This document shows, piece after piece, positions 1 through 10,312 of a DNA stretch of 64,000 nt (position 1 is its first letter; every line of letters begins with the position of its first letter). The position numbers and the translations under genes are program-made. The stretch comes from an uncultured Chloroflexia bacterium (GTDB taxonomy: Bacteria; Chloroflexota; Limnocylindria; Limnocylindrales; CSP1-4): the NCBI GenBank assembly GCA_963760625.1, contig CAVXDU010000015.1, positions 17,707 to 81,706 on the forward strand, in the 5' to 3' direction. Below the pieces are notes generated by a model. That model did not search any database and had not been told where the DNA came from. It worked only from the letters and a program-made list of their open reading frames with translations.

Positions 1-1105
1 CCACCTTCCAGCCGCGGTCGATCTCCAGGTCGTCGTACAGCGGCCCGCAGTAGCGCGACTGCCTTGCCGATGGCGCGCGTAGGGACAGTCGGCCATCTCG
101 ATGAGGTACAGCACCGCCTCGCGGTTGCGCTCCGTCTCGCGCTCGATGATCTCGTCGGGTGGGTAGAACCGCGCGACCTTGCGCGGCCAGCCCGGGTACA
201 GCTCGAACGTGAAGGCGAAGATCCGCTGGCTGCCGTACAGCCAGTCGATCGCCGTGCCGGGCTTGCTGCCCAGGTCTCCCGACTGTCTCGGCGCGATAGC
301 CGTTGCGTCGCGGCCATGTGTCGGCCCATCGCGACCAGGGTCCGCTGGTCGAGGGATGGTCATGTCCGGCGGCAGGTCGCGGGAGTCGCGACTGTAGGGC
401 CACATCACGAGTTGGCCGGTGGTGTGGAACGTGATGTAGGTCCGGATGCGCTGGATGCCGCCCTGCCGCCGACTGCGGACGAAGTCACGGATGGCGCGCG
501 TCTCGGGCGCGGAGAAGGCGTGCGGGCCGGGGTAGGTGATGGCCCGTGGCTGCCGCCGCCAGTCCAGCCGTAGCCGTAGTTGCGGTTGAGGTCCGTGCCG
601 ACCTGGCTCGAACCGGGCGTCGGCTGACGGTTCTTGCGCCAGCCGCGGTATGCCCCGTCACCGAAGTGGCCACCGCCCAGGTCGTAGACCAGGCCATCGG
701 GGTTGACCATGGGGACGATCCAGATCCGTCGGCTGTCGACCAGGTCGGTCACCCGGCGCCCCAGGCGGCGTCGTCGCCGTACCGAGTCGGCGAGCAGGTG
801 CAGCGTGTACAGCGCCATCTCCGGGGTCAGGTGCTCGCGTGCGTGATGCAGGGCATCGAACATGCACCTCGGGCTCCCCCTCGTCGGTGCCCACGTGGTC
901 GCTGACTTCGACGACCCAGATGCGGTCGACCCTGGTAGCGATCGCCGATGGAGAAGATCCGGACGATATCGGGGTGAGCAGCCGCGACCTCGTGGATCTC
1001 GGCCACCATCTCCGGGTAGTCGTGGTACCCCGAGTCCCGTGCGGGGTATCGGCTCGCTGCCGGCAGCGGCAGTCCCGATGGCCAGAGGAGCAGCGCGACG
1101 ACCAT
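1..1105 (-). CDS. Zinc carboxypeptidase, peptidase M14 family, copy 1 (partial: 3' end lies beyond window start; frameshifted)
   Basis: Signal-like N-terminus [17 protein letters not shown] (ORF 827..1105). M14 motifs [20 protein letters not shown] (HxxE zinc site), VNPDG and DLNRNY are spread over three minus frames (ORFs 827..1105, 658..2127, 405..863). Paralog of 1135..2775. Confidence 0.8.
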
Positions 1106-1134
1106 GGCGGCCAGGGCGGCGGTCGGGGGGCGGT

Positions 1135-2775
1135 CACAGGCGTCCTGGTTGACTCACGGCGTCGGCGACCGTGATCCGGACGTCGTCGACGCCTGCCTCC
1201 ACGATCGCGTCGGCACCGTTGTCCGCAGCGTACAGCTCGATGGCGACGTCCTCGCCACGCAGCGCCTCGGGGATCGGCCAGCTGAGCGACCCCGCCAGGA
1301 CGGCCTGCGACGACCGTCGGACCCGTGACGGTCAGCGCGGTCGCCAGCGACATGCGCCGTCCGACGGATCGCACCAGTCGGACACGGAAGCGATCCTGTG
1401 CCGGTCGCGCTCGGTGGACATGCCCACCCAGTAGCGGAGCCGCAGCGTCGCGGCCGTTCCCGCCGGCAGGTGGACCGACCGCGACCGGACCGTGGTCCGG
1501 CCGCCGTCCACGTCCTCGCCGGCCTGCGCGGCCGGTCACCAGCACCGCACGCCCGGAGATCGCCGAGCCCAGCTGCCAGCGCGGACGCGATCGGGTCGCC
1601 CCGCTGCCAGGCGCCCGCAGTCGGCGGTGTCGGTGCCGTCGGGGTTCACGTCGCCAGCCTCGGGCGACCTCCAGGTCGTCATACAGCGGTCCGCAGTAGG
1701 ACGCGGCCTTGCCGGTCGACCCGATACGGGCAGTGCGGCCTGCTCCATGAGGTAGAGCACCGCCTCGCGGTTGCGCTGCGTCTCCCGGCCGATGAGCTCG
1801 TCCGGCGGGTAGTGGCGGTGCCGGACGTGTCCGCCGTGGTCGGATACATCTCGAAGGTGTAGCTGAAGATGCGCTGGGTGCCATACAGCCAGTCGATCTC
1901 GTCGCCGTAGGTGGGATACATGTCGCTCGACTGGCGTGCCCGGTAGCCGTTGGTGGCGGCCATGTGCCGGCCCAGCCGCTTGAAGGCGAGCTGGCATCGA
2001 GGGCGGTCATGTCCGGCGGCACGCGGCATGGGTGTAGCCGTACGGCCAGAGCACGAACTCGCCGGCGGTGTGGAACGAGATGTGGGCCCGGATGCGCTGG
2101 AGCCCGTCGACTGCGGCGGCTGAGCACGAAGTCACGGATGGCCCGGGTCTCGGGCGCCGAGAACGGCTGCTCGCCCGCGGTAGTTGATGGAGCTGCGGGT
2201 CGCTGGTGCCCCTGGACCAGGCGTAGTCGTAGTTGCGGTTGAGGTCGGTGCCCACGGCGCTCGAGCCCGCGGTTGGGCTGGCGGTTCTTGCGCCAGCTCG
2301 CGGTACGAATCGCCGCCCAGGTCGTACTGGAGCCCGTCCGGGTTGACCATGGGGATGATCCAGATCCGCCGGCTGTCCACGATGTGGGTCACCCGCTCGC
2401 CGAGCGGCGGTGTCCTTGCCGTAGTTGCCGGTCAGCAGCCGCAGGATGTACAGCGGCATCTCGCCCGAGAGGTGCTCCCGCGCGTGGTGCAGGCCATCGA
2501 ACATGACCTCCGGCTCGCCCTCGTCCGTGCCCACGTGGTCGCTCACCTCGGCGACCCAGATCTTGCGGCCCTGGTAGCTCTCGCCGATGGACGAACACCC
2601 GCACGATGTCGGGGTGCGCGGCCTCGGCGTCCTTGAGCGCCTGGACCATCTCGGGGTAGCTGTGGTAGCCGGAGTCCCTGGCTGGGTAGTCGTTCTGGGC
2701 CGCCGCCGCAGGCACGCTGGACGCAACGGCGCACCGCGAGCAGCGCGGCCATGAGCAAGCTGGCTGCCGGCGCAT
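1135..2775 (-). CDS. Zinc carboxypeptidase, peptidase M14 family, copy 2 (frameshifted)
   Basis: Start MRRQPACSW at 2775, preceded by AGGAGG. Motifs [58 protein letters not shown] and [10 protein letters not shown] occur in ORFs 2389..2994, 2007..2726, 1679..2029, 1536..1997 and 658..2127. The manually read C-terminus ...VDDVRITVADAVSQPGRL ends at TGA 1135. Confidence 0.85.
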
Positions 2776-2800
2776 CCGTCCTCCTATCTCCCGAGCTCCG

Positions 2801-4011
2801 ATGAGCATGGTAGGGGAGTCGATCCAGAAGGTCGACGTGGCCGCTCGGACGTACCGGAGCATGACCGCGTACGTCGGCCGGCCCGACGGTGCTATGCTGC
2901 GGCCCGCTTCGGTCGTCGCGAAGCTATGTGAGAGGGAATCAGCGTTGCCAGACGCTGCACGGGAGGCGTTCGTCGCTCCCCGCGTGGCAGTCATCGAGGA
3001 TGACTCGGTCGTTCGTCACGAGTTGACGCAGGTCCTTGCGGGGGCCGGGTATCTCGTCAACGCCGTCGCCGATGGCGAGAACGGCCTGCACGCGGTCCAC
3101 GAACACCAACCCGACCTCCTGATCCTGTCGCTCGCCGTGCCGCGTCTCGACGCGTTCGAGCTGCTGCGTCGACTGCGGGCCGATCACCGCACGGCGACGC
3201 TGCCCGTGCTCGCGCTGACGGAGCGGACCTCGTTCGACCACCGCATGCGCGCGTTCGATGCGGGCGCCGACGACGTCATCCTCAAGCCCTGTCACCCCCT
3301 GGAGCTGCTGGCCCGCATCCGGGGTCCGCTGCGCCGGCACCACGGTCCCCGGCGCACCGAGCAGGCGCATTCGCATCGTCGTCGCGCTGTCCAACGCCGT
3401 CGAGGCCAAGGACCGTGACCTCAAGGACCACTGCCGCCACATGACGTATCGGGCGGCCCGACTGGGCGCGTACGTGGGCCTCCGCGGCGCGCGAGCTGGA
3501 GAGCGTGGCCCACGGGGCGCTGCTCCACGACATCGGCAAGATCGCCATCCCGGTGCAGCTGCTGCACAAGGTCGGAGCCGCTGACCGACGAGGAGTGGCA
3601 GCGGCTGCGCCGGCACCCGGAGATCGGCGCCAACATCTGCGGTCCGCTCCACGTCGCTCGGGATATCGCGCCCATCATCCGCCACCACCACGAGCGCTGG
3701 GATGGCTCCGGCTATCCCGACGGGCTGGCCGGCGAGCGAGATCCCGCTCGGCGCGCGCATCGTCGCCCTCGCCGACGCCTACGACGTCATCGTGCGCGGC
3801 CGGCCGTACCAGGCCGCCAGGAGCCATCCGGAGGCGGTCACGGAGCTGCGCCGATGCGCCGGCTCCCAGTTCGACCCGGCGCTCGTGCCCGCTGTTCATC
3901 GAGGAGACCGAACGACTCGAGTCGGGCGCGCCACCGACCGTCGCGCTGCCGCCGGCGGCGCTGCTCGACCGCGACCTGCCCATCGTGCCCCGTGTCGGTG
4001 TCGCGGGCTGA
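2801..4011 (+). CDS. Response regulator with receiver domain and HD-GYP phosphodiesterase domain (RpfG-like; frameshifted; true start may be downstream of 2801)
   Basis: Receiver domain: VAVIEDDSVVRHELTQVL...DLLILSLAVPRLDAFELLRRLR...DDVILKP. HD-GYP part read across frames: GALLHDIGKIAIP and HHERWDGSGYPDGL (DNA 3688-3730), then ARIVALADAYDVIVRGRPYQ. The last frame ends at 4011. Confidence 0.85.
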
Positions 4012-4020
4012 GGCCGTCGA

Positions 4021-4838
4021 GTGACGGTGCGCGGCGCCGTGCGCGCGCTGCCGCAGTCGCACGGACCGGGCGGCTTCGTCGTATCACCCGTCCGGCTGGT
4101 GCTCAAGGGTGCTGTCGCGGCGTACGTCCGGGTGCGCGATCGAGGGCGCCGAGCGCCTGCCGGCGCGGGCGGCTACATCGTCTGCTTCAACCACCCGAGC
4201 TGGCTCGACCCCATCGTCATCGCCGGCATGGTGGCCGGACCAGCGAGCGGCTGCTGTACATCTTCGGTCCACGCGAGGAGGACATGTCGCGCGGGCATCC
4301 GGAACCGCGTCATCACGCTGGACTGGCCGCGGCGTCCCGTTCCAGCCGGGCGGCGCGGACGCGCTCGACGCGACTCGCCGGTCGCTGGCCGTGTTGCGCG
4401 CGGGCGGCGTGCTCGCCATCGCTGGGGAGGGGAGGCTGTCCGATCACGAGGGCACGCCACTGCCCTTCGAGCCCGGCGTGGGCCATTTCGCGCATGCTGG
4501 CCCGGGTGCCCGATCGTGCCGCTGTCCATCGACGGCACCCGATGGGTCCACTTCGGCAGCAAGGTCCGGCTGCGTCATCGGTGATCCGATCGACCCGCGC
4601 GCATTCGGTGGCGGACGAGCGCCGCGGCCGCGACTGAGCGACGGCGGCGCACGCGGCCGTGACGGCGGGCCTGCCGGGCGTCACCGACCGACCCAGGCCG
4701 GGTCCGTTCGGCGCCTGGCTCTCGGAGCTGTTCAACGACCGGCCGTGGCTGAATGACTCGTCGCCCGAGCCCGGGGCGCCACCCGAGCCCGGGGCGCCAC
4801 CCGAGTCCGGGGCGCCACCCGAGCCCGGCCCTGGCTAG
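4021..4838 (+). CDS. 1-acyl-sn-glycerol-3-phosphate acyltransferase-like protein (PlsC family; frameshifted) with PEPGAP-repeat tail
   Basis: Acyltransferase block I, FNHPSWLDP (NHxxxxD). Later blocks LAIAGEGRLS and PIVPLSIDG sit in other frames (ORFs 4021..4584, 3702..4637, 4109..4756). Manual read of the tail: ...ELFNDRPWLNDSSPEPGAPPEPGAPPESGAPPEPGPG, stop TAG 4836-4838. Confidence 0.75.
4764..4828 (+). repeat. 18-bp tandem repeat, about 3.6 units (cccgagcccggggcgcca), coding PEPGAP
   Basis: Units at 4764-4781, 4782-4799 and 4800-4817 (one substitution), plus a partial unit at 4818-4828. Confidence 0.9.
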
Positions 4839-5230
4839 GTCCTGCGCTCGCGGTCCAGCTCCTGGAGCCGTGCGTCGGAGATGCCGAGGTGGTGCGCGAC
4901 CTCATGGCGCAACGTCTCGCCGACAGCTGCCCGTAGTCGATCCGGTGAACGGTTGGCGCGCATCAGGGGACCGCGAAAGAGGGTGATCTTGCTGGGCACG
5001 GCTGCCGCCTCCGCTCCGTAGGCCGTGCGCGGCACGCCCTGGTACAGCCCGAACAGTCCCCACGCGTGGACCGACGCCAGTTGCGCCCGCGTCGGCTCGT
5101 CCTCGATGACGATGGCGACCGAGTCGAGCTGGCCCCGGAAGGGCTCGGGCAGCTCCGCGATGGCCTCGTCCAGGGCGACCTCGAACGGGTCGACGGGGTC
5201 GATGACCCGGGAGGGGCCGGTGTCGGGCAT
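4835..5230 (-). CDS. Small zinc metallopeptidase-family protein (zinicin-like, HExxH)
   Basis: Intact 131-aa ORF with LRHEVAHHLG (HExxH). Its stop overlaps the convergent PlsC-like stop in the sequence CTAG. Confidence 0.7.
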   Translation of the reverse strand: MPDTGPSRVIDPVDPFEVALDEAIAELPEPFRGQLDSVAIVIEDEPTRAQLASVHAWGLFGLYQGVPRTAYGAEAAAVPSKITLFRGPLMRANRSPDRLRAAVGETLRHEVAHHLGISDARLQELDRERRT

Positions 5231-5472
5231 GGGGCCATCGTCGCACGTGTTGGAGCAACATCGTGACCATCCCTAGCGCGACAGCCCCTGACGCTCCGGT
5301 GAGCGTCAGGGGCCCGCGCCGGACATTCCTGGGCATGGCCGGTGTGTCGGCGGTCGGCCTGCTTGGTGCCCAGTCAGTGCTGGCGGCACGCGGTTCGATG
5401 GTCGCAGGTGTCCCGCAGGGCCCTGACGCGATTGCTTCCTCGGCCATCGACGAGGTGGCGTTCGCTCCGCGG

Positions 5473-5775
5473 CTACGTGGCGTACGAGTCGCCACCCAGG
5501 ATGTGGAGCGACACGTAGGGTTCGTCACCCAGGACCTCGCTGTCGTGGCCCGCGGGGATGGCGAACAGGTCCCCGGGACCGACCTCGAGGGTCGTGCCGT
5601 CGTCCATGGTGATCCGATTGCGCCCGGACACGACCAGGCCGACGTGCTCCACGGGGCAGGTCGTCTGGCCCAGCCCCGGACCCACGTGCGTCGACCACTT
5701 CCAGCCGGGTTGGTAGCTGGCGCGTCCCACCGTCGTGCCACCCAGGCGCACCACCTCGAACCGTCCGAGCGCCAT
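5473..5775 (-). CDS. Stand-alone cupin domain protein
   Basis: Intact 100-aa ORF. It aligns with the N-terminal modules of the cyclases at 9445 and 41190 (PGWKWSTHVGP...C...H.G...G...DDG...GPGD...PAGHD..VLGDEP). Confidence 0.75.
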   Translation of the reverse strand: MALGRFEVVRLGGTTVGRASYQPGWKWSTHVGPGLGQTTCPVEHVGLVVSGRNRITMDDGTTLEVGPGDLFAIPAGHDSEVLGDEPYVSLHILGGDSYAT

Positions 5776-5938
5776 TGCGCGCTCCTCATCGGGTTCCTCG
5801 AACCGACGGACCGACAGAATCCACGTGACCCTCCAGCGGTGTGGCGCCGAGACCGCGCCTGCGATCCGTAAACGATAGGGGTGCCCGGCAAGTCACGTTG
5901 CGTCTTGCCACGGGCCGTGTAGGCCCGTCTCTGGCGAC

Positions 5939-7622
5939 CTAGCGTGCCACGTCTCGTCGCCCCATCCCCAGCGCTCCCAGCAGGACACCCCCAGCCGCCA
6001 TGGCTACGCAGACGACGACACCCAACGGGTCCCACCGGCCGACCATCGGTTGACCCAGGTGCGCCGTCAGGGCGAGCTGGTGGATCCAGTCGGGCAGCTT
6101 GAGCGGTGGGGCGATGAGATCGATGAGGTAGGTCGCGACCACGAGGAAGGCGGCGATCTCCGCCGCCAAGGCGGTTCGCCACAGGCCGCCGACAGCGAAG
6201 CCGACCCCGACGATCGCCGCGGCGTAGAGACCCAGCGCCAACGACCCCTGGAGGGCCTCGCCGGCGGCAAGACCCCCGGATGCCGCGCCGAGCCCGATCC
6301 CGGCGGCGAACAGCACGGTCATCGCGGCGGTAGCGGCGATCGCCCCGATGCCGCCGGCGATGACCCAGCGCGCCCGCGTCATGGGCGTCGCGAGGATCGA
6401 TCTCGAGGCGCCCCTCGATCTCATCCGAGGCCCATTTCGAGACGAACGTCGCTCCGGCGAATCCGGCCGCGATGAGGAATAACTGGGCGTACAGCTGAAG
6501 GAAGCCGCTGGCGGACCCCAGGTCGAAGTCCGGGAAGATGGAAGCGAAGATATTCCGTAGGTCCGGGCTGCCCTGGACCTGGTCGGCCATCGGTTTGACA
6601 AGCGACGCGAGCAGCGCCCCCATGATGAACAGGCCGATGCCCCAGCCGAGTGAGCGTGGCAACTGGTCGCCGAATGCCCGGCTGACCGGACCCCGGACGC
6701 CGAGCACCCACCGCGGGAGGCGGGGCAGCGAGAGACCAGCCGTGACACCCAGATCCCGGCGCTCGAACAGCTCCACCCCGATCGCGACCAGTACCCCGGC
6801 CACGATGCCCACCAGGGCCAGACCGTTCCAATCGTACTCGCCCACGAGCGCGATGTGAGCGGCGGTCCAGTGGAAGGGGCTGAGCGCCACGAGGGGACCA
6901 CCGAGGTCCATGCCGTTGGCGACCCACAGGACGATCATCGCGATGCCCGCGATGCCCGCGGCACCCGAGCGGCCCAGGAGCGGCGCCAGCGCGAACGCTA
7001 GCCCGCCGAAACAAAGAGCGATAAACCCGACCCAGAGGGCGAATCCCACCGACGACACGAGCGGGATCTGATCGCCGAGGGCGGCCACGCCGAACAGCGT
7101 CGAACTCACGGTCGTGGCGAGGGCGAGGATCGCCATGGCGAGCCACAACATCGTCAGGTGCGCGGAGAGTTTCTCGAGAGCGATCCGCCGCTTGCCGAAG
7201 GGAACCGCAGCCACGAGATCGAGGCTGCCCCGCCGAGCCTCGCCGGCCAGCGTGCCGGACAGGGCGAGGATCGACCACAGCGCCGTGCCCAGGGCGAATA
7301 CCGCCCCGTACTTCCAGCTCATATAGCCACCGAGCGTGCCCAGCTTCTCCGGTCTCCCGAACAGGTTGACCATCGAGCTGGGCATGCTGCCGATCAGCTT
7401 GTCCACCTCGAGACGCGCCGCGGGTGTCGGGAACACGCTTGAGAGCCCGACGCCCAACACCAGCGCCATGCCGCCCAGGAGGCCCGCGGCGATGATGAAG
7501 GCGAGCCTGGAATCGCGGACCGTCTTGCCGTAGATGCTGCCGAAGCCGTACAGGCGGCGCCGGAGCGGGATGGGAGGGAATGACGCCGCGGCGTCGCGCG
7601 GCGCACCGGCACTGATGGCCAT
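5939..7622 (-). CDS. ABC-2 type transporter permease (one frameshift near 6400)
   Basis: Polytopic hydrophobic protein: the first ~400 aa of ORF 4902..7622 continue in ORF 5939..6901. It lies directly downstream of the ABC ATPase (2-nt gap). Confidence 0.75.
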
Positions 7623-7624
7623 GG

Positions 7625-8530
7625 CTACCGCACCTGGGCGCCGTCGTGGCCGTACTGCGCGAGGAACGTCTCCTCGAGTGAGGGTTCACGGCTCACGAAG
7701 TCCAGCAGTTCGTGTCGGGCTGCAGCCTGGACAACGGGCGTGATGGCGCCGCTGACCCGGAGCCGGAGCACGTTGTGGTCGACCGTCACGTCGCTGACGC
7801 CGGGGAGTGCCTCGAACTCCGCGGCCGGCACCGAACCCGCGAAGCGCAGCTCGACCTGGTGGTGCGCGAGGTCGCGCAGGGCATCCACGGTGTCGACCTT
7901 GACCAGGCGCCCATCGCGGATGATGGCTACCCGGTCGCAGCTCTTCTCGACCTCGCTCAGGATATGGCTGGACAGGAAGGCCGTAGCGCCATCAGCGATG
8001 GCCTCCCGCATGATCTGGAAGAACGTCTGCTGGACGAGCGGATCGAGGCCCGAGGTGGGCTCGTCGAGCATGAGCAGGTCGGGTCGATGTTGGAGCGCCA
8101 CGACCAGCCCGACCTTCTGCTTGTTGCCCTTGGAGTACTCCCGGTACCGACGGCTCGGATCGAGGTCGAGCCGCTGGACGAGCGAGGCCTGATAGGCGCC
8201 GTCCACGCCGCCGCGCAGGTTGGCGAAATACTCCAGGGTCTGGGCTCCGGTCAGACGGTCGTAGAGCGTGAACTCGCCCGGCAGGTAGCCGATCCGCCGG
8301 TGGATCGCCACCGGGTCGGCCGAGGTCACGATGCCGAAGATCCGGGCGACGCCGGAGGTGGGCCGGATAAGGTCGAGCAGCGTCCGGATCGTCGTGCTCT
8401 TGCCGGCCCCGTTGGGGCCCAGGAACCCGAATACCTCGCCCTGGTCCACCGTGAGGTCCACCTCGATGATGCCGCGGTGCGCGCCATACGACTTGGTCAG
8501 CCGCTCGGTCTCGATGACGGTGGCCATCAC
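7625..8530 (-). CDS. ABC transporter ATP-binding protein
   Basis: Intact 301 aa. Walker A GPNGAGKSTT, signature-like YSKGNKQKV, Walker B LLMLDEPTSGLD. Confidence 0.9.
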   Translation of the reverse strand: MMATVIETERLTKSYGAHRGIIEVDLTVDQGEVFGFLGPNGAGKSTTIRTLLDLIRPTSGVARIFGIVTSADPVAIHRRIGYLPGEFTLYDRLTGAQTLEYFANLRGGVDGAYQASLVQRLDLDPSRRYREYSKGNKQKVGLVVALQHRPDLLMLDEPTSGLDPLVQQTFFQIMREAIADGATAFLSSHILSEVEKSCDRVAIIRDGRLVKVDTVDALRDLAHHQVELRFAGSVPAAEFEALPGVSDVTVDHNVLRLRVSGAITPVVQAAARHELLDFVSREPSLEETFLAQYGHDGAQVR

Positions 8531-8536
8531 GACTCC

Positions 8537-9223
8537 TTATGAAGTGAACCAGATGCGAAGAGTGGGGCCGTCGACGAGCACGAACGAGCCCGCTGGAAGT
8601 CCGAGGATCCGCTCGATCGCCTCGCCGTAAGCGGCCAGGTACCGCTCGAACTCGTCGATCGAGGCACGGCCATCCAGACAGTCCAGGGCGAGCCGGCCGA
8701 TGGCATCCGTGGACCCGGTGAACAGGGCCATCAGGATCGCCGCCACAAGGTCAGGCGGCCCGGCGGTGAACGAGCCTTCCGCTTTGCCCTGCTGGATGAT
8801 CCCGGCGAGCATCGGTGTGATTCGGGCATACGCGTCACGGGCCGCGCGCAGCCGGACGACGTCGTTGTCCGCGGAGTACCACGAACGCATGAGACCAAGC
8901 AACAGCTCGCTGCGCTCGGTCTTCCACCGGACCGCCATCGAGAAGAATGCCTGGAGCTTGTTCAGGGCGGGAAGAGCCGGGGTGGTCGTGATGGGCTCGA
9001 GGAATGCGAGGGCGGTGTCCGTCATCCGTGCGACGACTGCCGCGAGCAGCTCCTCCTTCGAACCGAAGTAGTGGTAGAACGCGCCCTTCGATGTGTCCAG
9101 CTCGTCCAGGACGTCCTGGACGGTCATCTGCTCGTAGCCTTTCATCCGTATGAGGCGCTCGGCTACATCCAGGAAGGCGTCCCGCTTGACCGCATGGGCG
9201 GCTCGGTCAATGGTCCTTGGCAT
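8537..9223 (-). CDS. TetR family transcriptional regulator
   Basis: Intact 228 aa. The N-terminal HTH region KRDAFLDVAERLIRMKGYEQMTVQDVLDELDTSKGAFYHYFGSKEELL is typical of TetR. First gene of the TetR-ABC operon. Confidence 0.85.
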   Translation of the reverse strand: MPRTIDRAAHAVKRDAFLDVAERLIRMKGYEQMTVQDVLDELDTSKGAFYHYFGSKEELLAAVVARMTDTALAFLEPITTTPALPALNKLQAFFSMAVRWKTERSELLLGLMRSWYSADNDVVRLRAARDAYARITPMLAGIIQQGKAEGSFTAGPPDLVAAILMALFTGSTDAIGRLALDCLDGRASIDEFERYLAAYGEAIERILGLPAGSFVLVDGPTLRIWFTS

Positions 9224-9238
9224 CCCGACCTCGATTAG

Positions 9239-9257
9239 CAGACCGACTGCCGGTCTG
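9239..9257. promoter_or_regulatory. Candidate TetR operator palindrome
   Basis: CAGACCG-actgc-CGGTCTG, a perfect 7-bp inverted repeat 16 bp upstream of the tetR start codon. Confidence 0.4.
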
Positions 9258-9311
9258 TGAATGCAGAGCGACTATACCCGATCGGCGGCGTCATGTCGAG
9301 GAAGGCCGCGA

Positions 9312-9385
9312 TCAGGGCGGCACAGTTTCCAGACCCAGTTCGGCCAGACCCTCGGCCAAGGGTGTGTCCTCGAGGTTGCCGTCAG
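9312..9385 (-). pseudogene. Remnant of the 3' end of an S1 protease paralog
   Basis: The tail of ORF 9312..9611 reads DTPLAEGLAELGLETVPP, against FTPLAEGLAQLGLELCTTP at the C-terminus of the protease at 10313..11143. The DNA is about 70% identical over about 65 nt by manual alignment. Confidence 0.5.
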
Positions 9386-9444
9386 GTCCGGAAGGCGCAT
9401 CATTCGGCCAACCCCTCATCCGTCCTCGCTGGAGGCCCAACGGC

Positions 9445-10308
9445 ATGCCCCGTTTGCGATCGAAGGACTTCGCGACCCCCGATGCCGTGCGCACGATGCC
9501 CGGCATGCGGGTCGAGATGGTCGGACTCGGCGACGCGACGATCGGCCACTGCAGCTTCGAGCCCGGATGGCGCTGGTCGACGGACATGGGCCCACTGGTC
9601 AGCATGCCCACCTGCCAGATACGGCATATGGGTTACACCATCTCGGGCACGGTGCGGGTCGTCATGGACGATGGCGACACGCTGGACATCGGCCCGGGAG
9701 CGGTATTCGAGATCCCACCCGGCCACGACAAGTGGGTGCTGGGCGATGACCCCTGGGTCTCCATCGAGTGGGGAGCCAGCGGCCGCGCGCTCGAGGCCGT
9801 GCTCCAGGACGTCGGTGAGCGCGCGCTTGTCACCGTGATGTTCACCGATATCGTGGACTCGACGGCCACCCTGGAACGGGTGGGGGACGAGGCTTGGCGC
9901 GCTCGCCTGGTCGCCCACGATGCGCGCCTCCGGGCAGACCTGAACGTGTGGCGCGGGCGGGAGGTCAAGACGACCGGCGATGGCTTTCTGGCCATCTTCG
10001 ACAGTGCCGTCAGGGCGGTGCGCTGTGCCGCTGCGATGGTCCGGTCGGCCCAGGTCGTCGACCTCCACATACGGGTGGGCATCCACACCGGCGAGGTGGA
10101 CCTATCCGGCGGCGATGCTCGCGGCATCGCCGTCCATACCGCCGCGCGCATCATGGCTGTCGCGGGTCCCGACGAGGTGCTCATGTCGTCGACGACGAGC
10201 GAGCTGCTCGAGGGCTCCGGGCTGGACGTCGAGGACGCAGGCACGCACCAGTTCAAGGGGGTCCCGGGTGCCCGTCGCGTGCTTCGACTTGCGAACCTGG
10301 CTGCGTGA
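9445..10308 (+). CDS. Cupin domain - class III adenylate/guanylate cyclase fusion protein
   Basis: Intact from ATG 9445. N-terminal cupin (EPGWRWSTDMGP...PPGHDKWVLGDDP). C-terminal cyclase (VTVMFTDIVDSTA...KTTGDGFLAIF...RVGIHTGEV...GIAVHTAARI). Confidence 0.85.
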   Translation: MPRLRSKDFATPDAVRTMPGMRVEMVGLGDATIGHCSFEPGWRWSTDMGPLVSMPTCQIRHMGYTISGTVRVVMDDGDTLDIGPGAVFEIPPGHDKWVLGDDPWVSIEWGASGRALEAVLQDVGERALVTVMFTDIVDSTATLERVGDEAWRARLVAHDARLRADLNVWRGREVKTTGDGFLAIFDSAVRAVRCAAAMVRSAQVVDLHIRVGIHTGEVDLSGGDARGIAVHTAARIMAVAGPDEVLMSSTTSELLEGSGLDVEDAGTHQFKGVPGARRVLRLANLAA

Positions 10309-10312
10309 CGGA

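Noticed and set aside
658-2127. Long Arg/Pro/Ala-rich ORFs lying antisense to, or out of frame with, recognisable genes (for example 658..2127, the 3' two-thirds of 4902..7622, 9633..11084, 12945..13916, 13535..14875, 18607..19578, 29684..30733, 51296..52588, 52972..54213, 55101..56402)
   Set aside because: These are typical high-GC shadow ORFs. Their composition is low-complexity, they overlap genes with clear family motifs, and they lack start-site signals.
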